NCBI GenBank assembly: GCA_050954845.1
Contig: JBPBQK010000039.1
Coordinates: 37,783-101,782 of the forward strand
Length of the DNA stretch: 64,000 nucleotides
Direction of reading: 5' to 3'
From: Janthinobacterium lividum
GTDB taxonomy: Bacteria; Bacteroidota; Bacteroidia; Cytophagales; Hymenobacteraceae
A program made the position numbers and the translations under genes. A model generated the notes under the pieces. It did no database searches. It saw only the letters and a list, made by a program, of their open reading frames with translations, and was not told the DNA's origin. Shown here piece after piece: positions 1-9,649 of the stretch. The first letter of the stretch is position 1. The number at the start of each line of letters is the position of its first letter.

Positions 1-2
1 CT

Positions 3-254
3 AAGATTCCCTCGCTCTGGGAAAAAATTTGGGGCCGTCCATTGTGGAGCCCTCCTACTTGGCCTACCCAAACGCTGGCTGAACTAACTGATTGGACCGT
101 AGCCATTAACTACGAACAGCTTCTTCATCTGCCTTTAGCTAGCCAGTATGAGGTTGAGCAAACTGTTATTGGCATCACCAGCTACTCCTCGGGCGTGCCA
201 GTTGAAGAAATTCAATTACAAAGCAGCTTCACCAACGACTTAGGTATGGATTAG
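3..254 (+). CDS. 3' end of a hypothetical protein (frame open from the window edge)
   Basis: The frame of track ORF 42..254 stays open back to position 3 (KIPSLWEKIWGRPLW...). No recognisable motif. Confidence 0.4.
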   Translation, partial: KIPSLWEKIWGRPLWSPPTWPTQTLAELTDWTVAINYEQLLHLPLASQYEVEQTVIGITSYSSGVPVEEIQLQSSFTNDLGMD

Positions 255-577
255 TTGGTAGCTTGTATCACATGCACCCCGCCCGCTAGCCCCGGCTGCG
301 CCAGCACCTGCGGCACCAGTAGTTTCACCGTGTCATATTTCAGATTAGGCACATCCAGAAAAATGACTGGGATGGTATTGTGCTGCCAATTCTGCTCGTA
401 GCGCATTTTCTTGTCTGCCGTCAGAAAAGCCTCGAACTTGTGTTCAACCAACAGTCTCAGCAGCTGGCCATTTTTCTTGCTGCGCCAGTCCATGTCCTGC
501 ACAGTTAGCGCATCGTGCATTGGCACCAGCCGATGCGACAGCCGCCGGGGCAGTTGCTCATCAAACAGCAGCTTCAC
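251..577 (-). CDS. DUF5615-type PIN-like toxin (VapC45-like)
   Basis: GTG at 577 gives MKLLFDEQLP..., the typical N-terminal LxDE/N motif; 'FLTADK' is also present. Lies directly downstream of a DUF433 gene. Confidence 0.8.
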   Translation of the reverse strand: MKLLFDEQLPRRLSHRLVPMHDALTVQDMDWRSKKNGQLLRLLVEHKFEAFLTADKKMRYEQNWQHNTIPVIFLDVPNLKYDTVKLLVPQVLAQPGLAGGVHVIQATN

Positions 578-842
578 GGGGCGGAATTTTATCAGCAAAC
601 GAAAAGTCAATCTGCGCGGGCGCTACGTGGAAAGCTGGTGGCAACAAGGCTTCTTGCGCCGCTTTTAGCACTCCCTCGGCCTGCTCGCGGCTCACAGAAG
701 GGAAGTCATACAGGAACATCGTCATTGGCTCATCGCCTCCCAAATAGTCAAATAGCGCCTGAATAGGCACCCGCGTGCCCGTAAGAACCGTCGTGCCACC
801 CGTGATTTTGGGGTCGATGGTAATGAGGTCGGTGCGTAGCAT
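561..842 (-). CDS. DUF433 antitoxin (VapB45-like)
   Basis: 'ITIDPKITGGTTVLTGTRVPI...LFDYL...FLYDFP.VSREQ' matches the DUF433 pattern. Overlaps the toxin start. Confidence 0.85.
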   Translation of the reverse strand: MLRTDLITIDPKITGGTTVLTGTRVPIQALFDYLGGDEPMTMFLYDFPSVSREQAEGVLKAAQEALLPPAFHVAPAQIDFSFADKIPPREAAV

Positions 843-869
843 AAGGCTAATATACAGCTATTAAGGGCC

Positions 870-1235
870 TCAGGGTTTCTCCAGTAGATACACCGTTTCG
901 GTGGTGGCACCCACGCCCACCGTGCTCTGCGTGACGTGCGCCACGCGCCAGCCCTGCGCCACCAGTGCGTTGACTTTCAGTAGTTCGGCACGGTGTATTT
1001 CGGCAGCGGCGGCTGTGCTAGTGCGCTCCGTGCCAATTTTTATTTCGGGTAGGCGCTGCACCTGGCGCTGGCCATCGGGCTGAATGGTGGTGATTTCGGG
1101 CACGGCTGAGGTAGTGCCGGGCCGGCCGCTACCGATTACCATTAGGTAGCCGCTGGGGGCTGTTTTGTCGGGTTGGAAGGCCCAGGAGCCAACTGCGGCT
1201 AGCCCAACGCTGGCGAAAAGCAGAAACTTTTTCAT
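870..1235 (-). CDS. secreted hypothetical protein
   Basis: Signal peptide MKKFLLFASVGLAAVGSWA; 121 aa. Confidence 0.7.
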   Translation of the reverse strand: MKKFLLFASVGLAAVGSWAFQPDKTAPSGYLMVIGSGRPGTTSAVPEITTIQPDGQRQVQRLPEIKIGTERTSTAAAAEIHRAELLKVNALVAQGWRVAHVTQSTVGVGATTETVYLLEKP

Positions 1236-1384
1236 GAAGAAAAGGTGAAGAGAGAAGTGATGAGCAGACTAACGTAAAAGCTTGCGCAATGGCTATCTAC
1301 CTCTTACCAACGCTCCAAAACCCAACGCCCAGCGCTACCCCGCCGTATAGCCCTTACTGTCTCACCCCTTAGATTCTTCCAGCC

Positions 1385-1726
1385 ATGGCTACTGAAACCG
1401 AAAATAAACCCGACCACGAAAACGCCGAAACCCGCCGCCACGAGCGCCGCGAAGAGGCCAACGCCGAATACCGCGAGCAAGGCGACGACATGCGCCAGGG
1501 TGGCCCCGACCCCGACCTAGCCCACCGCATGCGCACCCGCTCGGGCGACGGTAACTTCGACCCTAACGTACAAGCCGAAGATGGCACCAGCGACGGCGTA
1601 GCCGCCCACATCGGCAGCAGCGGCCAAGGTGCCAGCAAGCGCGGCCACGACACCGAGCAAAACGCCAACAAAGCCCCCGACCGCCTCGACCAGCGCAACG
1701 TAGACGGCGGCGATTTGAAAGACTAA
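1385..1726 (+). CDS. highly hydrophilic, probably disordered hypothetical protein
   Basis: Rich in D/E/R/N/G/Q with almost no hydrophobic core; followed by a terminator. Confidence 0.7.
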   Translation: MATETENKPDHENAETRRHERREEANAEYREQGDDMRQGGPDPDLAHRMRTRSGDGNFDPNVQAEDGTSDGVAAHIGSSGQGASKRGHDTEQNANKAPDRLDQRNVDGGDLKD

Positions 1727-1748
1727 TTGCCCAGTGAGTTTAGTATTG

Positions 1749-1783
1749 AAAAGCCCGTCGTGCCCAGCACGGCGGGCTTTTTT
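1749..1783 (+). terminator. intrinsic terminator
   Basis: aaaagcccgtcgtgc-cca-gcacggcgggctttttt. Confidence 0.75.
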
Positions 1784-1831
1784 AGTGTTGAGTTTTCGGG
1801 TGGTTCCGTCTCTTCGCCGTAATTTGCCCGC

Positions 1832-2170
1832 ATGAAGCCCGCCACGCCCCTCGTCTTGTTGGAATGCCTTGTTGCCGGCACTTCCCACCGCCCCGAACTA
1901 CCCGCCCAGGAAAAATTGCTGAAAGTCGGCCAGACGCTGCGCCTCGAGCGCGAGGCCGATAGCAAGTATGACGACTGGGCCGTTAAAGTCCACTCGGGCG
2001 CAGCTGGCGATAAGGCCAGCTACTGGCTCGGCTACCTGCCCGAAACCCGCAACGAAACCGTAGCCCGCCTGCTCGATGCTGGCTACCCCCTCACTGCCCG
2101 CCTCGCCCACAAAGCCTGGGAAGACGACTGGCTGCACCTCGAAATCGAAGTGCTTTTGCCCCGCGAATAA
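1832..2170 (+). CDS. stand-alone HIRAN domain protein
   Basis: 'LRLEREADSKYDDWAVKV...LGYLP...NETVARLLDAG' fits the HIRAN pattern. Confidence 0.85.
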   Translation: MKPATPLVLLECLVAGTSHRPELPAQEKLLKVGQTLRLEREADSKYDDWAVKVHSGAAGDKASYWLGYLPETRNETVARLLDAGYPLTARLAHKAWEDDWLHLEIEVLLPRE

Positions 2171-2275
2171 AGTTGATGCTTACCGCCGGAACGGGAGCTT
2201 TTTGCTAACTAAAAAGGTTAGCTAATTGCCCGTTTCCGACGGATAACCGACAACCAGTTCCTATTACTTATTACT

Positions 2276-3328
2276 ATGCGCGAAGCCTATCTCACCGGCG
2301 GCAACGAAAATTTCGATGCCACCGACAAGGACATCGACAAGGCCCTGCGCCCGCTGAGCTTCAGCGACTTCACGGGCCAGGACAAAATCCTCGAAAACCT
2401 CAAGGTATTCGTGGCCGCCGCCAAGCAGCGCGGCGATGCCCTCGACCACGTGCTGCTGCACGGCCCCCCCGGCCTCGGCAAAACTACGCTCTCGCACATC
2501 ATCGCCAACGAGCTAGGTGCGGGCATCAAAATGACCAGCGGCCCGGTGCTCGACAAGCCTAGCGACCTCGCTGGTCTGCTCACCAACCTCGAGCCGCACG
2601 ATGTGCTTTTCATCGATGAAATCCACCGCCTCAACCCCGTGGTGGAAGAGTACCTGTACTCGGCGATGGAGGATTACCGCATCGACATTATGCTCGACTC
2701 GGGCCCAAATGCCCGCTCGGTGCAGATTTCGCTGTCGCCGTTCACGCTCATCGGGGCCACCACGCGCTCCGGCATGCTCACGGCGCCGCTACGCGCCCGC
2801 TTCGGTATCTCGGCCCGCTTAGAGTACTACGATTCTAAGCTACTGACTACCATCGTGCTGCGCTCAGCCGAGATTCTGCAAACGCCCATCCACGAGGATG
2901 CAGCTTTCGAAATTGCCCGCCGCTCGCGCGGCACGCCCCGCATCGCCAACAACTTGCTGCGCCGCACCCGTGACTTTGCCCAAATCAAAGGCAACGGTAC
3001 CATCACAGTCGAAATCGCGCAGTTTGCGCTAAACGCGCTCGACGTGGATGCCCGCGGCCTCGACGACATGGACAAGCGTATTCTCACCACCATCATCGAC
3101 AAGTTCAAGGGTGGCCCGGTGGGCATCAGCACCATCGCTACGGCTTGCGGTGAGGAAGGCGAAACCATCGAGGAAGTGTACGAGCCTTTCCTCATTCAAG
3201 AAGGCTACATCAAGCGCACGGCGCGGGGCCGCGAGGCTACTGAGGCGGCTTACCAGCACTTGGGGCGACTGTTGCCCAGTCACTTGCGAGGGAATAACGG
3301 CGATTTATTTGCTGAGATTACGTCGTAG
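2276..3328 (+). CDS. ruvB: Holliday junction branch migration helicase RuvB
   Basis: LRP..F.DFTGQ, Walker [10 protein letters not shown], Walker [20 protein letters not shown]. Confidence 0.97.
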   Translation: MREAYLTGGNENFDATDKDIDKALRPLSFSDFTGQDKILENLKVFVAAAKQRGDALDHVLLHGPPGLGKTTLSHIIANELGAGIKMTSGPVLDKPSDLAGLLTNLEPHDVLFIDEIHRLNPVVEEYLYSAMEDYRIDIMLDSGPNARSVQISLSPFTLIGATTRSGMLTAPLRARFGISARLEYYDSKLLTTIVLRSAEILQTPIHEDAAFEIARRSRGTPRIANNLLRRTRDFAQIKGNGTITVEIAQFALNALDVDARGLDDMDKRILTTIIDKFKGGPVGISTIATACGEEGETIEEVYEPFLIQEGYIKRTARGREATEAAYQHLGRLLPSHLRGNNGDLFAEITS

Positions 3329-3359
3329 TTTTCAACCCGTTATTTAAGCTAATTTGCTG

Positions 3360-3394
3360 GAACGCGCCGCCCTAAGCGGCGCGTTCTTTGTTTC
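3360..3394 (+). terminator. intrinsic terminator after ruvB
   Basis: gaacgcgccgc / gcggcgcgttc stem followed by tttgtttc. Confidence 0.65.
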
Positions 3395-3420
3395 TTCGTA
3401 GTTCAATTGTCTGCTACCTA

Positions 3421-4371
3421 ATGCTTCTTCACGCCGAATGGACGCCCTACATCAAGCGGCGCGCCGCCGAGCTAGGCTTCATGGCCTGCGGTATTTCCAA
3501 GGCTGAGTTTCTGGAAGAGGAAGCCCCACGCCTCGAAAACTGGCTCAAGAAGGGCATGCACGGCAAAATGGCCTGGATGGAAAACCACTTCGAGAAGCGC
3601 CTCGACCCGCGCCTGCTCGTGGATGGGGCCAAGTCCGTTATTTCGCTGCTGCTCAACTACTACCCGCCGGCCGAAGCGCAGCAATCCGATGATACGCTGA
3701 AAATCAGTAAGTACGCTTACGGGCGCGATTACCATTTTGTCATCAAAGACAAGCTGAAGACGCTGCTGGCCGATATACAGGCCAATATTGGCGAGGTGGG
3801 TGGGCGTTGCTTTGTCGACTCGGCCCCGGTGCTCGATAAGGCGTGGGCCAAGAAAGGCGGCTTGGGCTGGGTGGGCAAAAACACCAACCTTATTACGCCT
3901 GGCGCGGGCTCGTTCTACTTCATCGCCGAGCTGATAGTGGACGTGGAATTGGAGTACGATGGGGCCATCCGCGACTACTGCGGCACTTGCACTAAGTGCG
4001 TCGATGCCTGCCCTACGCAAGCCATTACGGAGCCTTACGTGGTCGATGGCAGCAAGTGCATCAGCTACTTCACCATTGAGTTGAAGGACCAGCTTATCCC
4101 GCAGGATGTGGCGGGGCAGTTTGGCAACTGGGTGTTTGGCTGCGATATCTGCCAGGATGTATGCCCCTGGAATCGCTTTTCCAAGCCCACACAGGAAGCG
4201 CAGTTTCAGCCTCACCCCGACTTAAACAAGCTGTCGGCTAGCGACTGGGAGGACATTACCCACGAAGTTTTTCAGGCGTTGTTCAAGCAGTCGCCGCTCA
4301 AGCGCACGGGCTACGAGGGGCTGAAGCGCAATATTCGGTTTGTAACGGGCCAGCCGCAGCTAGACAGCTGA
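3421..4371 (+). CDS. queG: tRNA epoxyqueuosine(34) reductase QueG
   Basis: [28 protein letters not shown] and [13 protein letters not shown] Fe-S motifs. ATG 3421 preferred over the track start 3388. Confidence 0.95.
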   Translation: MLLHAEWTPYIKRRAAELGFMACGISKAEFLEEEAPRLENWLKKGMHGKMAWMENHFEKRLDPRLLVDGAKSVISLLLNYYPPAEAQQSDDTLKISKYAYGRDYHFVIKDKLKTLLADIQANIGEVGGRCFVDSAPVLDKAWAKKGGLGWVGKNTNLITPGAGSFYFIAELIVDVELEYDGAIRDYCGTCTKCVDACPTQAITEPYVVDGSKCISYFTIELKDQLIPQDVAGQFGNWVFGCDICQDVCPWNRFSKPTQEAQFQPHPDLNKLSASDWEDITHEVFQALFKQSPLKRTGYEGLKRNIRFVTGQPQLDS

Positions 4372-4389
4372 GGCTGGCCCCACATACAA

Positions 4390-4587
4390 CTACTCGGTGG
4401 GCGCGTGCTGGGCAAAAATGCGGTTCATCACCGTCCAGTGCAGGCGGGAAAACTGTTCGTAGCACCAATTCTTGAAATCGGTCAGTTCGGTGGGCAATAC
4501 GTGATGCAGGGCTTTGCGAAGCTCTTTCTCAAACAGCATCTTGCTAAAGCTGACTTTGAGCAAAATCGTTTTCACGTAGTCTAGCAT
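4390..4587 (-). CDS. small conserved-looking hypothetical protein
   Basis: MLDYVKTILLKVSFSKMLFEKELRKA resembles a small Bacteroidota family (from recollection, not a search). Confidence 0.7.
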   Translation of the reverse strand: MLDYVKTILLKVSFSKMLFEKELRKALHHVLPTELTDFKNWCYEQFSRLHWTVMNRIFAQHAPTE

Positions 4588-4870
4588 GGTGGGTGGGATA
4601 GGGGATAGGATGAGGGAGTATTCTGGGCGGCTACTTTATACGCGAAAAGGCCATTTTTGGCGATGCGCAAGCTGTTTTTAAGCTCACACAGCCAAATCAA
4701 AAGCCGGCAAATAAAGTGATTCGCAAGAGGTATAAAGATACTGCTATTTCGTTAGTTATTGAAGGTGAGCACGGCAGCAGCCCCACTCCTCTGCTGACTA
4801 CCAGACGGGAGCTAACGAAAAAATTTTATCGCCTAAAATGGCTGGTCGGGAAAAGCCCACGCGAAAGCAC

Positions 4871-4903
4871 AAAAAAAGGGCAGCCCCGTGAGGCTGCCCT
4901 TTT
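4871..4903 (-). terminator. terminator of ferritin-like operon B
   Basis: A7-gggcagcc-ccgtga-ggctgccc-tttt. Confidence 0.75.
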
Positions 4904-4929
4904 GCATACTAACCGTGTGCGGCTCTAGC

Positions 4930-5949
4930 TTAGAAGTAGACGCTGAACAGGGTGTTGCCGGCTACGACAAACGTGTTGGCGATGGTTGCTACCGTTTTCA
5001 CGTCCAGGCCTTCGTCGAAAGCTTCGCTGAAAGCCGAAGTCGGGAAGCCCGTGAAGTTGGTGCTGGTAGTGGTAGAAAGCGCCACACCGCCCTGGGTCAC
5101 GTTGTCTTCGGGCAAGAACGTAACGCCAGCTGCGGTGCCAATGCCGCTACCGGTGCCATTGCCATACACGGCAGTGCCCGTGTTGTTGCCAGTGCCGTAG
5201 ATAGGGGCCGTATAAGTTGGCGATGCGCCGCCGTTGTCGGTACCCGAAATCCAGCTCTTTGGAGCGGTGCTAAGTCCCGTACCGGAGCCGGGGATGCCTT
5301 GCGAAGGCGCATTGTTGCTAGCACCGGCCCGGCGCATAGCCCGGATGTGCGACGCGTGGCGCGCCTCTACCGAGTGAATGTTGAGGGCCGCCGTCAGCAC
5401 CGTAGGGTTGGCCATAATGGCGGCCAGGGGAGCAGCACCTTTGTAGGCACGCACACCGGTATCCTCAAACGACTGGGCCAAAGCCAAGTACGTAGCGGCG
5501 TTGGTGCGGTAGTCGGCAAATGGGGCGCCGGCTTTGGCAGCTGTAAAGTCGAAAGCTGCGGCGGTCGGGTCGGCGAGAACGGTACCGCCCAGTGACGTAA
5601 GCGTAGCACGCAGGAATTTTACGTGGTTGGCTTCGTCGGTAGCAATCAGGCTCAGGGCCGCCGTGTTATTGGCGCTCAGGCCCGTGACCGCGGTGCGCTG
5701 CTGGTAGAAATACATTTCGAGGTACTCGAGCTTCAGGGCGAAGGTCAGTACATCGGCTACGGCCAGGCCCATCGGCGTTTGGGCGTAGGCTTTGTTGAAG
5801 ATGGCGCCTACTGCCAGGGGCAGCGCAGCAGCCGAGAGCTTCTGGCCGAGGCCGCTCATGTGCTTGAATATGGAGCGGCGCGAATCGAGACGGCCGTAAA
5901 CTTCGGGGTCAACTTTCTCTATTTCAGAGAGGATTTCAAAAAAATTCAT
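4930..5949 (-). CDS. ferritin-like domain protein (Ferritin_2 / desiccation-associated type), copy B2
   Basis: Diiron-type motifs LEYLE, DEANH, FEDTG, VEARH; N-terminal RRSIF motif. Confidence 0.88.
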   Translation of the reverse strand: MNFFEILSEIEKVDPEVYGRLDSRRSIFKHMSGLGQKLSAAALPLAVGAIFNKAYAQTPMGLAVADVLTFALKLEYLEMYFYQQRTAVTGLSANNTAALSLIATDEANHVKFLRATLTSLGGTVLADPTAAAFDFTAAKAGAPFADYRTNAATYLALAQSFEDTGVRAYKGAAPLAAIMANPTVLTAALNIHSVEARHASHIRAMRRAGASNNAPSQGIPGSGTGLSTAPKSWISGTDNGGASPTYTAPIYGTGNNTGTAVYGNGTGSGIGTAAGVTFLPEDNVTQGGVALSTTTSTNFTGFPTSAFSEAFDEGLDVKTVATIANTFVVAGNTLFSVYF

Positions 5950-5996
5950 GACAATAGCAAAATAAGAATGGGGAGAATGCGGAGTCTCAGTGCAGC

Positions 5997-6734
5997 TTAG
6001 CCCAGGCCAGAAACGTCGAGTTTCGAGCCGTCGGCCAAGTACATGTTAGCCGTTTGCACGACTACCGAAGGCAGCTTCGACATTTCCAGGCTGTTGCCCG
6101 CAATGTCAACGATGTCGCTGCCCACGAAAGAGCCTTCCGTAACCAAGTCGCGGATGATGGCGGCGTGGCGAGCCTCTACCGATACTATTTTGCCCGCAAT
6201 GAACAGGTAACCAGCCTGGGTGATGAAACGGGCAGCCCCGTTGTAGGCGGCAACGCCCAGGTCTTCGAATGCTTTAGCAGTGCCCAATACCGAAGTACGG
6301 TCGTTGAAGTTGATGCTGCTGAAGTTGGGCGTCAACGCCTTAATTGGCGTAACGCCGGCATTTTTAATAGCCGTGAGGAAAAAGTCGCGGTGAATAACCT
6401 CGTGGTAGTAGAGGTCGTCCAAGATGAGTCTTTCGGCGCTAGTGGGGCCCAGGCCCGTGTAGTAAGTGCCAGCGCGTAGGGCAGTGTAGAAGCCAGCTTC
6501 GAGCTGCTCCAGCGCATAGGCGTAGTTGAGAACCCCTACGTCGGCCGTGCCTACGTTTACCGTGTTGGGCGAGTTAGAATTGTTGTCGTCTTTGCAGCCA
6601 GCCAAAACCAGGGCCGTGGCACCAGCAGTAGCGCCGGCATACATGAAAAACGAGCGACGCTTGATAGGCGTGTACAGCGGCCGGTCCAGTTCGGCCTCGT
6701 GCGGCTGCGAGCCTGAGGAAAGATTTTGGGACAT
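5997..6734 (-). CDS. ferritin-like domain lipoprotein with twin-arginine signal, copy B1
   Basis: KRRSFF Tat motif plus LAGC lipobox; LEQLE, HEVIH, FEDLG, VEARH. ATG 6734 chosen by alignment to the paralogue at 9241. Confidence 0.88.
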   Translation of the reverse strand: MSQNLSSGSQPHEAELDRPLYTPIKRRSFFMYAGATAGATALVLAGCKDDNNSNSPNTVNVGTADVGVLNYAYALEQLEAGFYTALRAGTYYTGLGPTSAERLILDDLYYHEVIHRDFFLTAIKNAGVTPIKALTPNFSSINFNDRTSVLGTAKAFEDLGVAAYNGAARFITQAGYLFIAGKIVSVEARHAAIIRDLVTEGSFVGSDIVDIAGNSLEMSKLPSVVVQTANMYLADGSKLDVSGLG

Positions 6735-7277
6735 GGGAAAAGGAAAAAGGGAAAAAAACAATATAACTGCCTGCTACGGTCGGGTGCAAAGCGCAGCGGC
6801 AAACGGAGGAGAAATTGCGAACTAGAGCCCTGTACGCTAAGGTTGTGCGAATAGATACGCACCAGGTAAAATAATCGTCTGTAAATTACTGTTCAGCTTG
6901 GTGGTCAGTACGTTAGCAGCAAAAAAATGATTGAAGCGTAGGCTTTTTCACATACTGAAAAACAGCTTGTTAAAGCGTCAAGCCCGCACTATGGTTGGGC
7001 TTTTGGTCGATTTACGTAAAGGATGCTGGTGCCGGATTGAACGAAGCTGGCTGAAGCTGTGAATAATTGGCGAGCGGATACTGCTGCTTGTAAGTAATTA
7101 TCTGATAGTAAGCGTTTTGTCTGGTATTAATAAATAAATTTTACGTGAGCTTTACCAGGGTAGTAGCTCAGCGTATGGCTAATGTGGGTTATAATGAGTT
7201 GCTTTTTGGCCCACTTGGCCCGTATTATGGCGAATAGACAATAAAATATAAAAATTCTTAGCCAGGGTGCGACGCAC

Positions 7278-7319
7278 AAAAAAGCCGGCAGCCCTCTTGT
7301 TGAGGACTGCCGGCTTTTG
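7278..7319 (-). terminator. terminator of ferritin-like operon A
   Basis: aaaaaagccggcag...ctgccggctttt. Confidence 0.75.
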
Positions 7320-7379
7320 TTTGGTGCCAGGTAAGGTGGCTAGCTTCAGGTACGGCGCACTACGCGGCACCTGAAGCTA

Positions 7380-8381
7380 TTAGAACGTTTGCTGAAACAA
7401 ACCCTTGGCTTTGCCAGCCGTGGAAGTGAAATTCAAGGCAATGGTTTGCACGGTACCTGGGTCGAGGGGCTCGTCAAAAGCTTCCGATACCGCCGCTGCC
7501 GTATACGCACTGTTGAGGGTCGAGAAGGTTACGCCGGCCTGCGTAGCGTTGCTCTCAGCGGGGTAATTGGCGGCGGGGTTGCCCGCATTGTACACGGCCG
7601 CGGCTGGCTTAGAGTTGTTGGGAGCAGTGGGGCCCCCGTTGTCTATCAGGTTAATCCAGCTTTTGGGGGCGGCCGGGGCCGAATCGTAAGGCGCTACTGC
7701 CGGGGCCAATGCCGAGCCCAGCGTGTTGGCTACGATGGCGCGGCGCACGCTGCGGAAGTGCGAGTTGTGGCGCGCTTCTACCGAGTGGATGTTGAGGGCA
7801 GCCTCCAAAATATCTTTGGTACCCGTGGTATTCAGGGTAGGCGCGCCGCCTTTATATGCCCGCTGGCCAACATCAGAAAATGCCTGGCCCGCCGCGAAGA
7901 AGAGGGCACCATTAGCATTGCCCGTGCCATTGGGCACTAGGGCAGTAGCCATGGGGCCAGTGCCGGTGCCGCCGCCGCCCGAGTAGTCAAAATCCGTAAC
8001 TAAATAGGAGGGAGCAGCCGAACCCAATACAGTACGCAATGCACTGATGTGGCCAGCCTCGTCGTTGCGGATGGTCGTGATGCCGTTGGTTTCCGAAGAC
8101 GGAATCAGCCCCGTTATGCCGAGCGCGGTGTTGTAGAAGTGAAACTCCAGGTATTCCAGCTGCAGAGCCAGCGTGAGCACCTTCTGCACATCGGCGGGCA
8201 GCGTGGTGGATTGGCCGTAGGCGCGGTTGAAAAACGAAGCCAGAATGACTGGCACGGCCGCAGCAGTTACTTTCTGGCCGGCATTGCCGAGGTACTTAAA
8301 TACGCGACGGCGGGGGTTGATACGGTCCAGAAACTCCGGGTCGGCCTGCTCCAGGTCGGAAATCAGCTTGAAAAGATTCAT
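7380..8381 (-). CDS. ferritin-like domain protein, copy A2
   Basis: LEYLE, DEAGH, FSDVG, VEARH; paralogue of 4930..5949. Confidence 0.88.
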   Translation of the reverse strand: MNLFKLISDLEQADPEFLDRINPRRRVFKYLGNAGQKVTAAAVPVILASFFNRAYGQSTTLPADVQKVLTLALQLEYLEFHFYNTALGITGLIPSSETNGITTIRNDEAGHISALRTVLGSAAPSYLVTDFDYSGGGGTGTGPMATALVPNGTGNANGALFFAAGQAFSDVGQRAYKGGAPTLNTTGTKDILEAALNIHSVEARHNSHFRSVRRAIVANTLGSALAPAVAPYDSAPAAPKSWINLIDNGGPTAPNNSKPAAAVYNAGNPAANYPAESNATQAGVTFSTLNSAYTAAAVSEAFDEPLDPGTVQTIALNFTSTAGKAKGLFQQTF

Positions 8382-8425
8382 GATACTAGCAATACAATAA
8401 GGATGGAGGAAAAGAGCAGGCAGGC

Positions 8426-9241
8426 CTAGGTGAAGCTGGTAGCCGAAAGCTTGGAGCCGTCGGCCAGGAAGTTGTTGACGGAGCTAAGCACGTCCTGCGG
8501 CTTGCGCGAGCGCTCGCCGCCAGCTACTGGGTTGCCATTGCCGGGGGTGAGGCTGGGGGTGCCAGCGCCCGTGTAAGCTGTGGTAGTGTTGGCGGGCAGA
8601 GTAGGCGAGAAGGTATTCACTACATCGCTGGCTACAAAGCTGTTGTAGGTAAGGATATCGCGAATGAGCGCCGCGTGGCGGGCTTCTACCGATACGATTT
8701 TACCAGCTAAGCCGAGGTAGGTATTATTGGTGATGTAGCGGCCTGCGCCGTTATAAGCGGCCACGCCCGTATCCTCAAACGTGCGAGCGGCTTGCAGCAC
8801 CTGGGTCCGGTCGTTGAAATTGATGCTCGAAAAATTCGGCGTTAAATCCTTGAGGAGCGTAGCACCCGCCGTAGCCGAAATGGCCGCCTTAAAGAAATCG
8901 CGGTGAATGGCTTCGTGCAACGCGAGGTCGTCGAAAATCTGTTTTTCGGCGTTGGAGGCACCCGAGTAGTACGTGCCGGTTTTTACCTGCGCGTAGAACG
9001 CGGCTTCGAGCTGCTCCAGCGCGTAGGCGTAGTTCAGGATACCGACATCGCCTGAGCCGACATCCGTTACGGCGGGGTTGTTATTGCTTTCGTTGCTGTC
9101 GCAGCCGGCCAGCACGAGGGCTGTGGCCCCGGCCGTAGCGCCGGCATACATAAAGAATGAGCGGCGCTTGATGGGCGTATACAGTGGTTGGTCGGGGCCA
9201 GCCTCGTGCAAGTGTGGGCCGGCAGGAATATTTTGGGACAT
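8426..9241 (-). CDS. ferritin-like domain lipoprotein with twin-arginine signal, copy A1
   Basis: KRRSFF, LAGC, LEQLE, HEAIH, FEDTG, VEARH; paralogue of 5997..6734. Confidence 0.88.
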   Translation of the reverse strand: MSQNIPAGPHLHEAGPDQPLYTPIKRRSFFMYAGATAGATALVLAGCDSNESNNNPAVTDVGSGDVGILNYAYALEQLEAAFYAQVKTGTYYSGASNAEKQIFDDLALHEAIHRDFFKAAISATAGATLLKDLTPNFSSINFNDRTQVLQAARTFEDTGVAAYNGAGRYITNNTYLGLAGKIVSVEARHAALIRDILTYNSFVASDVVNTFSPTLPANTTTAYTGAGTPSLTPGNGNPVAGGERSRKPQDVLSSVNNFLADGSKLSATSFT

Positions 9242-9649
9242 ACAGGGAAAAGGAAAAGAAGTGAGTGCTACTGTTCAGGTAACTATTAAGCCCCTGCTGG
9301 TTAGCGAGTATCAGTACGAATAGTGAGTGGATAGGATGTTTGTAAAGGGGGTAATAAATAGCTTGCTGAATATGGGGTGAAGACCCTGTTTAGGTAATAA
9401 CTTGCTCAAGTTGTGCGAGCTAAAAGCCATTATGGAAGAGGCAGTAAATCGAAAAAAAGTAATCGATTGTCTGAACCACTAAATCGGGCATTACGGGGGC
9501 CCTCCCGCAGCCACCGCTGAGCAGGCTGGCCGGGCAGAATAGGGGCCATGGTGTGGCACAGCACACGGGCCGAAAAGAGCTACGGTAGGCACTACTGGCC
9601 CAAACTGACGAACTTTGCCGCTCCTGTTAGTTTTTTGGGATAAAAGCTC

